Positions 38,410 to 49,571 of a DNA stretch of 64,000 bases are shown piece by piece. The notes beneath the pieces were generated by a model. The model was not told where the DNA came from. It did no database searches and saw nothing but the letters and a program-made list of their open reading frames with translations. The translations under genes and the position numbers were made by a program. Origin of the DNA: Mobula birostris. Lineage: Eukaryota. Each line of letters opens with the position of its first letter. The stretch's first letter is position 1. The DNA lies in contig NC_092374.1 of the NCBI RefSeq assembly GCF_030028105.1, positions 186,156,638 through 186,220,637 on the forward strand, given 5' to 3'.

Positions 38410-39300
38410 GGAGCTTGTCAAAGGTTTCACTAAAACCTATATATGCAATATCTACACCCCTGCATTTATCAATCACCCTTATTACCTTGTCAAAAAAACT
38501 CAATTAAGTCAGTAAAGCCCTGCTGGCTTTCCTTAATTAGGCCATGCTTTTCCAAATGCTCATAAATCCTATCCTGAGAATTCTCTCCAGTAACTTGAGA
38601 TTGCCGGTCTATAGTTTCTAGGATTATTCCTGGTTCCCCTCTTGAACAATGGAATAACATTAGCTACTTGTCAGTCCTCTGGGAACCTGCCTGTGGCTAG
38701 AGAGGACATAAAGATATTGGTCAAGACCCCAGCAATCTCTTCATTTGCCCCTCTCAATAACTCAGCACATATCCCATCAGGCACTGGAGATTTATTCACC
38801 TTAATGTTCTTTAAGAGACCCAAAACTACCTCCTCATTTACCTGAAAATGCCCCACATTATTAACACCGATCTCCCAGTCCTCCATGTCCTTCTCCTTGG
38901 TAAATACTGTACTCATTAAGGAGCTCACCACATCCTTTGCATCCAAGCAAATGCTCCTCCCTTTATCATTGAGTGTTCCCACCCTCTCCCCAGTTTTCCT
39001 TTTCCTCTTGATCTATGTATCAAATGCCTTGGGATTCTCTTTAACCCTACTCACTAGTGACTTTTCCTGGCCCCTCCTGGCTTTCCTAGTTCCCTTCTTG
39101 AGTACTTTTCTGGCTTCTTTCTAATCCTCAAGGGCTATTTGATTCTAGCTACCCAAGATTTATGTACGTTTCTTTTTTTTTCTTGACCAAATTCATTACC
39201 TCTCTTGACATCCAAGGTTCTCTTGCCTTACCATCCTTGTCCTTCCATCTGACTGGAACATCCTTGTCCTGTACGCCAACCCTCTCCACTTGCCAGATGT
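38410..39300 (-). mobile_element. CR1 ORF2 internal fragment
   Basis: LNDKG..C...VFTKE, IKVNKSPVPDGI, FMSSLATG..PED on the - strand. Confidence 0.8.
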
Positions 39301-39899
39301 GGATGTTTAAGAGGTCTGGATAGGTACATGGATGGCAGGGGGATGGAGGTCTATAGTCCTGGTATAGGTTGATGGGAGTAGGCTGTTTAAATGGTTTGGC
39401 ACGGACTAGATGGGGTGAAGAGCCTGTTTCTGTGCTGTACTCTAATGCTCCCGTAATTTGCCCTGCCCCAGTTCAATAATCTCCCAGAAAATCCATGCTT
39501 ATCCTTATGCATAGATATCTAAATCTTAAAGACTTGTGGTTACTGTTCCCTAATCTTAGCCTGCATTCTAATCTCCCTATGTTTGTCTCTGCTCCAGCTA
39601 GCTATGCTTGTAATCCAAACACTTCCCTCGTTTAGTGACAGCCCTGCTTTTCTAATCTGACCTTTAAACCACCTCCACTATGGTCCTATTTTCCCAACAT
39701 CCCTTTCCAGACTGTACCTATCTGCTCAGTGCTGAACCCAGCCGGTATCCAGCACCACCCCTCCTCCTGTCTGAGCTGTCTGGTGGTAGGAAGTGTGGAT
39801 GGGGGGAGGGTAAAGCGCGTCATTGGGCAGGGAAGGGACGGGATTGGTTTAGGTGTGAGCTCAACACATTGAGGAAAATCAACATCGTGTTCGAGCCAG

Positions 39900-40075
39900 A
39901 GAGAGACGTGGAGAGAGTTTACGTAGGTGTGTGAGGGTGAGAGGAATAAAGTGAGTGGGACAGAGTTAGAGGGAGAGAGGAAAAGTTATAGAGAGAATCT
40001 GAGAGTGAGAGGGAGAGATAGAGAGAGGAAATTATAGAGATGGAGAAATGTGGAAAGCGAGTTGAAGAGAGAACA
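39900..40075. repeat. GA-rich low-complexity tract
   Basis: Degenerate (GA)n sequence. Confidence 0.8.
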
Positions 40076-40321
40076 ATGTCTCAATATCGCCCCCAGGTGG
40101 ACACTCTCAGCGCTCCATTAGTCCCTTGGCATTCCATTGTAGGTTTCCGCAAATAAAACCCTTAACACCTATTATTGAACTCCAAAAACCTAAACACAAA
40201 AGCACGCTACAAATCTTTACGTAATAATGTCATCACGTCAGACCAGTCTCTAAAATGAACCCCCCAACTCATTGTCGGTGGTTGTGAATTATAAACACAA
40301 AATAATCTGCAGATGCTGGGG

Positions 40322-40361
40322 TCAGTCCTGACGAAGGGTTCCGGCCCGAAACGTCGACTGA
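40322..40361 (+). ncRNA. Type I minimal hammerhead ribozyme, best-preserved copy
   Basis: tcagtc-CTGACGA-aggg-ttccgg-ccc-GAAAC-GTC-gactga, with a 6-bp Watson-Crick stem I. Confidence 0.85.
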
Positions 40362-40799
40362 TCTTTTCCACCGATGCTGCCCGACCTGCTGAGTTCCTCC
40401 AGCGTGTCGGTTGTGAATTATAAACGTCCTCCCAGTTCTCTCTCTCTCAACTTGCACTACTGCTGTTATGTCTATTTTGTTGTTTATGTATAATTTATGT
40501 TAAATTTATTTTAAGTCATATTTGTCATGTCTGGAATGTAATATGCTCCTGTGCAGAAAGCTGATTCTTATGGTACGTGTATCCCCTGTGTACGGGTAAC
40601 CCTGACAGTAAACCAGCCGCAAACAACAGGAAATCTGCAGCTCTGGAAATCCGAACAACCCACACGAAGTGCTGGAGGAAATCAGCAGGCCAGGCAGTAT
40701 CTCTGGAAAAGAGTTTATCCACCAGCCTCACCCACTACCAGTTGCGTTGTTCCAAAATTAACACAAAGTTTAAAAGACAGTTTGTCTTTGAAAAAGCTA

Positions 40800-41490
40800 C
40801 AATGACTTGCATTTATTGTACCCCGCAATCACGATCTAGAATTAATTTATTCCAGTGTTATAATTTCTCAAAATTTGCCCTCCCCATTTCCTTCCTCTCG
40901 CCCGCTGACTGGGTTCATTTCGTTCTCCTTTGTGGACAGGGTTGTAAATACCCTCCTGGTGTAGGAGCCACGTATCCGTTTTTTGCCTTCTGTATTGTAT
41001 TAGGTGTTGAGTGTTTCCTTGGGGTAATTTTTCACGCGGGTTGGGGCGTGGTAGAAGCGAATGCGTGTAGTTACTTATTCACACTTTGTTTTAGTTTGTT
41101 GGATTAGTCTTGTTGAGTCAGAGGCAACCGGGGAATATTTTTAATTGACCACTGGGATCGCCAATTGGAACGCTTATTTCGTTACTTTTTATTTACGATT
41201 TTTGTTAAATCGCTAATTCAGTGTTGTTAGCATTTTATCACTAAAAGATTGTTCGTCTTTGCTGGTTTCGAAATAAACAATCGAACGTACTTTCCCCGAT
41301 TTGGAAGCGGGTCATACAGTGTCAATTCCCGTAATCCGCGGCTTGCGTTTGTTTTCAAGGAACCGCTGCACCAGCGTTTAAAGGGAAGGGCGCTTCCCCG
41401 TCCCTACGTCGTTCCTACAGCCTGGGAAGCATCACATCCAGACGGGGGATTGTTCTGTTCCTAGTCCTGTCACAGATCCGTGAAATTTAA
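40800..41490. promoter_or_regulatory. Second CpG-enriched non-repetitive island
   Basis: Locally high CpG density; no recognisable repeat. Confidence 0.35.
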
Positions 41491-41546
41491 AAAAAATAAA
41501 CAGCAGACACTGGAAATCTAAAATATTCAGCAGGTCAGGGAAGGGA

Positions 41547-42075
41547 AACTTGGAGTACTGTGTCCAGTTCTGGTCGCCTCACTATAGGAAGGATGTGGAA
41601 GCATTGGAAAGGGTACAGAGGAGATTTATCAGGATGCTGCCTGGTTTAGAGAGTATGGATTATGATCAGAGATGAAGGGAGCTAGGGCTTTAGTCTTTGG
41701 AGAGAAGGAGGATGAGAGGAGACATGATAGAGGTGTACAAGATAATAAGAGGAATAGATAGAGTGGATAGCCAGCGCCTCTTCCCCAGGGCACCACTGCT
41801 CAATACAAGAGGACATGGCTTCAAGGTAAGGGGTGGGAAGTTCAAGGGGGATGTTAGAGGAAGGTTTTTTACTCAGAGAGTGGTTGGTGCGTGGAATGCA
41901 CTGCCTGAGTCAGTGGTGGAGGCAGATACACTAGTGAAGTTTAAGAGACTACTAGACAGGTATATGGAGGAATTTAAGGTGGGGGGGTTATATGGCAGGC
42001 AGGGTTTGAGGGTCAGCACAACATCGTGGGCCAAATGGCCTGTACTGTGCTGTACTATTCTATGTTCTATGTTCT
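41547..42075 (+). mobile_element. Young CR1 3' end
   Basis: HLEYCVQFWSPHYRKDVEALERVQRRF-type sequence through to the tail. Confidence 0.9.
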
Positions 42076-43104
42076 ATAAGCACGTCAGGCCCCAGTTCCA
42101 ACGCTGCCTCTACTTTGTCAGGAACCCAATTCATGGTTTGTGCCTGCAACGGGATGCCAGGGGTCGGAGTTGGAGGTGACAGTGACGACATTGTTGAACG
42201 TGTAGAAGGAGATGGAGGCAGATGGAAACAAAACCAGCTCCTCACTGACCTCAAGACCTGTGTTCCCCCGTTCGCTTCCTTCCAAACCGTGCTCGCAGTG
42301 TGAGAGTGGGAGCAGTGGTCAGCCACTTGGCCCCTCGAGTTACCCTAACGTTCAGCAGCGTTCACCTTGGCCTCAGCACCATTTCCCTCTCTGTGTCTGT
42401 TGATTAATTTGTAATTTCAATGCCTGTTATTCTTATCCTTGAGTATACAGTACACCCTATCCTCGTTAAATGTGCCTTCAGACTATGCAAATTCACAGTT
42501 ATGCGAGGAACCTACAGTATTCAATAACCTCACCTCGGTCCATAAACCTAGGAACAGTACCTCATTATAAGGTGGAGCACAGTAATGTCGCAATTCGTGC
42601 AACGCTTCACAGTGCCCAGCGATCGGAATATCAGGGCTCAATACCCACTGGAAGGAGTTCGTCTGTTCTCCCCGTGACCACGTGGGTTTCCACGGGGTGC
42701 TCTGATTTCCTCCCACATTCCAAAGACCTCCGGGCTAGTGAGTTGGGGGCGTGCTATGTTGGTGCAGGAAGCGTGGCAGCAGGCCAGTGCAGCCTCAGTC
42801 TGTGTTGATCGTGGACGCAAAACAACGCATCTCACTGTTAATTTTGGTGCACATGTGGCAAGTAGAGGTAATCCTGAAAGGATTGTGATCGTTTGCTGGG
42901 ATTACTTATTTATAGTAATTTGTATGTCTTGCGCTGTACTGCTGCCAGAACGCAACAAAGTTCACGGCCCATGTCAGTGATAATAAAGGTGGTGGTGATT
43001 TTGAGGGCTGCACTCTGCCGACAATTTAAACGTGTCATTGCCTCCAGTGGGCGTGCTCTCTTCTTGCTATTGCCAAAGGGCAGGAGGTACAAGAGCTTTA
43101 GAAC

Positions 43105-43670
43105 ATCGAATAGAACAGAGAATAGTATAGCACAGTACAGGCCCTTCAGCCCACAATGTTGTGCCGACCCTCAAACCCTGCCTCTCATATAACCCCCCAC
43201 CTTAAATTCCTCCATATACCTGTCTAGTAGTCTCTTAAACTTCACTAGTGTCTCTGCCTCCACCACTGACTCAGGCAGTGCATTCCACGCACCAACCACT
43301 CTCTGAGTAAAAAACCTTCCTCTGATATCCCCTTTGAACTTCCCACCCCTTACCTTAAAGCTATGTCCTCTTGTATTGTGCAGTGGTGCCCTGGGGAAGA
43401 GGTGCTGGCTATCCACTCTATCTATTCCTCTTAATATCTTGCACACTTCTATCAAGTCTCCTCTCATCCTCCTTCTCTCCAAAGAGTAAAGCCCTAGCTC
43501 CCTTAATCTCTGATCATAATGCATACTCTCTAAACCGGGCAGCATCCTGGGAAGTTTCCTCTGTACCCTTTCCAATGCTTCCACATCCTTCCTACAGTGA
43601 GGCGACCAGAACTGGACACAGTACTCCAAGTGTGGCCTAACCAGAGTTTTATAGAGCTGCATCATTACCT
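43105..43670 (-). mobile_element. Young CR1 3' end, inverted relative to the 41547 copy
   Basis: ORF 43171-43794 translation LVRPHLEYCVQFWSPHCRKD...RLLDRYMEEFKVGGYM. Confidence 0.9.
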
Positions 43671-43899
43671 CGCGATACAATGGGACAGTCTGGTTTGCGG
43701 GTCTTGGATAGGAGGCAGAAATGATCAGAATCAGGTTTAATATCATTAGCATGAGTGATGAGATTTGTTGTTTTGTGGTAGGAGTACATTGCAATACATA
43801 ATTTTAATAAACTATAAATTACGATAAGAAATGATATGTATTTTGTGAAGTAAATCAACTAGGTAGGAAAAAAGGGAGCAAAAAAAAAGGGAAGTAGTG

Positions 43900-45030
43900 G
43901 ATATGAGTTCATTGTCCATTCAGAAATCTTATGATGGTAGGGAGGAAGACGTTCCTAAAACATTGAGTTTGAGATAATTATGTCTTCAGGCTCCTGTCCC
44001 TCCTCCTCGATGGAAACTATGAGAACAGGGCATGTCCTGGTTGATGGCGATCCTTCGTGATGAAAGCTGTCTTTCTAAGTCATCGGCTTTTGAAGATGTG
44101 CTGGATGCTGGGGAGGCTGGTGCCCATGATGGAGCTGGCTGAGTTTACAACTTTCTGCAGCTTTTTCTGGTCCTGTGCAGTGGCCACTCCATACGAGATG
44201 GTGATGCCACCAGTTAGAATGATGCTCTCCACAGTACATCTGTAGAAATCTGTGAGTCTTCAGTGACATACCAATTCTCTTCACACTCCTGTTGTGCCTT
44301 TGTATTTGGGCCTAGGTTAGATCCTCAGAGATGGAGACACCCAGGAACTTGAACCTGCTCATCCTTTCCACTTCTGATCCCACGATGAGGCCTGGTGTGT
44401 GTTCCCTCGTCTTACCCTTCCTGAAGTCAACAATCAATTCCTTGGTCTTACTGACATTGAGTGCAACATTGTGGCTACACACCACTCAACAGACTGATCT
44501 ATCTCGCTCCTGTATGCCTCCTCATCAACATCTGACCTTTTGCTAACAGTAGTTGAGTCATCATCATATTTATAGATGGAGTTTGAGCTGTGCCGAGCCG
44601 CACAGTTGTGGGTGTAGGGAAAGTGCAGCAATGGGCTAAGCACACATCCCTGTGGTGCGCCAGCATTGATCGTCAGTGAGGAACAAATGCTATTTCCGCT
44701 CTGCATAGACTGTGGTCTTCCAATGACAAAGTAAGGATTCAGTTGCAGAGAGAGGTGCACAGGCTCAGGTTTGGAGCTTGTTCATCGGTACTGAGTGTGT
44801 GATGGTGTTGAGTGCTGAACTGTTGTCGGTAAACAGCAGCCTAATGCAGGTATTGCTATTGTTCAGGTGATCCAAGGCCAGGTGGAGAGCGTGTGAGTTT
44901 GAACCTCCTGTAGCCTGTTGTAGAGATAGCAGACTGCAGTGAGTCCAGGTCATTGCTTAGGTGGGAGTTGATTTCGGTCAAGATGAACTTCTCAAAGCAC
45001 TTCATCAGAGTAGATGTGAGTGCAACTGGG
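43900..45030 (-). mobile_element. Rex1/Babar LINE fragment
   Basis: [35 protein letters not shown]. Confidence 0.8.
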
Positions 45031-45529
45031 TGATAATTATTGAGTGCGGGCTAAGGGAATTATGAGGTTGGTGGCAGTGAATGGGAGTTCTCCAGAGTTG
45101 ACAGGTTGATGGGGTGGTTCAGAAGGTGTATGGCATGCTTGCCTTTATTAGTCGAGGCACTGAGTTCAAAGGTCAGAAAGTTATGTTGCACTTTTACAAA
45201 ACTCTGGTTAGGCTGCATCTGGAATATTGAATATATTTCTGGTCACCCCAATACAGGAGAGATGTCGAGGTTTAACAGGATGCTACCTGGATTAGAGGGC
45301 ATGTGTTATCACAAGCGGTTGGACTAACTTGGGCTGTTTCCTCTGGGTGAAGGGAAATCTGACAGATGCATATGAGATTATGACAGGCATAGAAAGCGTA
45401 GTCAGACAATACCAGAGTGCATGCTGTACATTTGGGTAAATTGGAAGGAGATGTGAGGGGAAGTTTTTTTACACAGAGATTGGTGGATTCCTGGAATGTG
45501 GCACCTGGGGTAGTGGTAGAGGCAACTAC

Positions 45530-46010
45530 ATAGAAACATAGAAAGCCTACAGCACAATACAGGCCCTTCGGCCCACAAAGCTGTGCCAAACATGTCCTTA
45601 CTGTAGAAATTACCTAAGGTTACCCATAGACCTCTATTTTTCTAAGCTCTATGTACCTATCCCGGACCTTAAAAGACCCTCTCGTATCTGCCTCCACCAC
45701 CACTGCTGGCAGCCCATTCCACGCACTCAGCACTCTCTGAGTAAAAAAAACTTACCCCTGACATCTCCTCTGTACCTACTCCCAAGCACCTTAAACCTGT
45801 GCCCTCCCCGTGTTAGCCATTTCAGCCCTGGGAAAAAGCCTTTGACTATCCACACGGTCAATGCCTCTCATTATCTTGTACACCTCTATCGGGTCACCTC
45901 TCATCCTCCGTCACTCCAAGGAGAAAAGGCTGAGTTCACTCAACCTATTCTCATAAGGCACGCTCTCCAATCCAGGCAACATCCCTGCGAATCTCTTCTG
46001 CACCCTTTCT
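45530..46010 (-). mobile_element. CR1 3' end
   Basis: Same subfamily as 4100-4455. Confidence 0.85.
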
Positions 46011-49000
46011 TTACCCTCATAATTTTACTGTTGCTGAAGTCCTTTTCTAGCAGGATATTTTTCTAGCACAGGCAGATACAAAATGCTCACATTAAACCTC
46101 TGCCTTGCCAGAGCAGGGGTCCCTAAAGTAACCCTACATTGAGTTCAAAGTTGACTGGCAACTTCTGCAACGCCACTGGTGCCAAACCGTATCAGCCTCT
46201 GCTGTTCCTCTGGATTCATCAGCAGCGTGGAGAGGAGGAGCCTATGACATGGGCAACAGCTTGCCGTCCGTCTCATACTGCCCGAGCTTGTGTATCACGG
46301 AGGTAGCTGGCACAAACATCCATGGTCAACCTCGACCAGAGGAGAGGCTCAAAAGTTTACTTCACCTTATGTTTATCTTCATTTTGCAATGTATTGTGCT
46401 GCTGTTGGAAAAAGCTAAATTTCATTATACCCTGTATATGTAGGCCCATGACAATAGTAAACTTGAACATATCTCTCCTCTTTGGTTTCTAAGCAGCCCC
46501 ACCTTTCTTCTTGCTATACATTTACTATTTATGTGCCAAAAGAAGACTTTTGGATTCTATTTATGTTCGCAGTGAATCCACTCTCATGCTCTCTGTTTGA
46601 CTCTTTTATTTCCTTTTTCACTTCCTCTCTAATCTTTCAGCATACAGCATAGATCTTGTATTTTTCACTGTCAGACACTCACTTCATATGCACAATTTTA
46701 ACTGCTTTATCTGGTGCTTCTGGCTTCGGTCACGTGGACCTTTACTCCTTGTGAGAACATGCCTAGACTGCACCTGAACCATTTCCTCACAGGCAGAGTG
46801 GGACATTCACCCTTCATCAAGATTCTGGGGCTGGTTTACTCTCCTGTACTTTTTAATATCTTGTGATTTGTGTATCTTTGTTTTGAATGAAAACTACTCT
46901 ACAGTGCTCCAGAGTAGAAGATTCTGAAAATGTACCATCCTCTGAGTAAGAAACCAGGAGCCAGTCTAGTGAATCTTGACTGCACTCCTCTATGCCAAAT
47001 GAATTTATGTTTTGGATAAGGAAATCAAAACTGTACACTAAATTCTAGATGCAATCTCACCAAGGCACTATATAATCAATACTCAAATTCTCTTGCAATA
47101 AAGGTCAATATATTTGCCTTCATAACTGCTTGCTGCATCTGCGTGCTAACTTTGATTGATTTGTAGGCAAGTACATCCAAATCCATTGAACATTAAGATT
47201 TTCCATTAATTCACCTTTGAAAACTCTTTTGTTTATGAAGCTAAATGGATGGCCTCCCATTACTGTGCCCTATATTCTGGTTGCTTTGGCCTTGCTCTCT
47301 CACTTAGCTTGTATATGTCCACTCTTTCCCATAGATGCTGCCTGACCTGCTAATTCCTTCTGTGTTTTGTGTGTTGCTTGGATTTCCAGCATCTGCAGTC
47401 TTGTGCTTGTGATTTACTTCTGCTCACTGCCTGTTAATTAAATCTCAGTCCACACCAGTACATTAGACCCAGTTCCGTGTGCCCTGACCTTAAAGTCCAA
47501 CCTCCCTGGTAGGATCTTTTAAAAATCTAAGCAAGTCACATCCATTGGTATCTCTTATCCGTTGTATTAGTGAAGTTCTCAAATAACTCCGATAAATTAG
47601 TGAAATATGGTATTCCTCTCAGAAATCCATGCTGACTTTGTTCAAACTTATTATACTCTTCCAGTCGTTCCATTACTACATCCTTCATTATAGACTTCAC
47701 AGCACTTCCCTTACCACTGAGACTAAGCTAACAGTCAGTAGTTGGAGACACAATAGACTGTGGATGCTAGAATCCAGAGTAACCCATAAGATGCTGGAGG
47801 AGCAGCATCTGTGGAATAAAATGAGCAATCAATAGTTCCCTGTTTTTCTCTCCCTCCTTTTTTCAACAGTGGGGTCACATTTTCTGCCATCCCGTCTGCA
47901 GGGACCATTCCAGGATCTATGGAGTTCTGAAAAATTATGATCAATGTATGCACTGTCACTTTTGAAAATTCTGTGATGTACATCATTGGGTCCTTGTGAT
48001 TTATCAGTCTCACCAACCTCCCCAGTATAGTGCTTTTATTAATTTCCTTCAGTTATGTAATCTTCTTGGTTCTTTGGTATTTCTGGTGGATTTTCATGTT
48101 TGCTTCCATTATGGGACTTATAACGGAAATCTAGATAGGCACACAATGTGAGGAAAATAGAAGGAGATGGACATGGGGTAGGCAGAATATGTTAGTTTAG
48201 TTGGCATTTGATTGCTAACATAATTGGTTCAGCACAACATTGTGAGCCAAAGGGAATATCAAACGTGGGTTTTTTATACAGAGAGTGGTGAAATGTCCTG
48301 TCAAGGGTAGTGGTAGAGGCAGATACATTAGGGCTATCGAGGAAACTCTGAGATAGGCACATGGATGATGGAGAAATGGGGACAGGGGGCTATGTGTGAG
48401 GGAAGGTGCAGATTGATCTTCAAGTAGGTTAAAAGGTTGGCATAATCTCGTGGGTCGAGGGGCTTGTACTGTATTGTCGTGTTCTATGTTGTACGTAACT
48501 ATGTGGACATGTGGGATGGGGCATTAGTTTTGTTGAGGAACAGAAGATTCACACACACAAATCTGTTGTCAGGTCAAACAGAAATATATTATTTTGACCG
48601 ATATTTCAACTCAGGCAAACAAGGTCAATTCCGTACTGGTGTGATTCCCACATCCTTCCTCTGACAGTCAAAAGTCAATAGTGAAACAGGAAATAAATAT
48701 AACGGCAATTTCAACAAGCTGCAAACCAAGTTTAATATTCACAGTTATGTGCACACAGTAACAACAGTAATTCAATTGTGCGTTTGGATGTAGCATTTAA
48801 TAGACATAATCAAAGTCATCATTTTGACATATCATTAATTGGACATCATTTAGATGATCATCTGTAATAGAAATATTTTTAAAAGACACTGTAACATGGT
48901 GGTAGCTTTACAACATCAGGAATCACTAATGGGAGCTTGATCTTTGCCACTGTCTGTCAACAGTCTGTAGGTTTCTGCCAAGTGCTCTGGCTTCCTCTCA

Positions 49001-49396
49001 CATTCTGTGGATGTACGGGTTAGGGATAATGAGTTGTAGGCATGCTATGTTGGTGCCAGAACTTGCAGGCTGCCCCCAGCGCATCTAACATAAAAAGATA
49101 AACATCGCAATTCACTGTATGGTTCGATATTTCAGTCGACACTTGACAAATAAAGTTCATCTTTGAGATTGTTAATCTTTAATAGATATATCACTTAGGC
49201 ATAATATTATTCACAGGAATGGGCTTTAATGACAGCTTTATTTTTGTACGTTTAAATGTATCGTATAGGATTCATTCAAACATCCGCACATGGAGCTGTT
49301 AAAGTCATATCAGTAGTGGGTCCACTATGGTGAACAAGGATGGTATTGCTTTGTTTCTTCACTACAGTAACAACTGCAATTCATCAGTTTCCTTAC

Positions 49397-49571
49397 CAAA
49401 CCACGGTCCAACAGAAATGGGGAAATCGATATCTTGTGCTTATTTCCCAAACCAAATCTTATCATATTCCGCGTTCTCTTCAGGATTTTCCACCTTCTTT
49501 CTGTTCGTTCCTGTAATGCCCTGTGATGCCCTCTCTGTATACCACACAGCCGGGCAGTTTGCCGATGAATT
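49397..49571 (-). CDS. Exon-like segment homologous to the receptor tail exon, in inverted orientation (paralog or orphan exon)
   Basis: Acceptor ttgatttcatctcag| and donor TTG|gtaagg. About 44/66 ungapped nucleotide identity (by eye) to 28851-28916. Phase-2 frame is open throughout; frame 0 ends ENAEYDKIWFGK*. AATAAA on the - strand at 49237-49242. Confidence 0.5.

Noticed and set aside
43171-43794. 207 aa ORF
   Set aside because: A CR1 ORF2 C-terminus fused by chance to flanking sequence, not a host gene.
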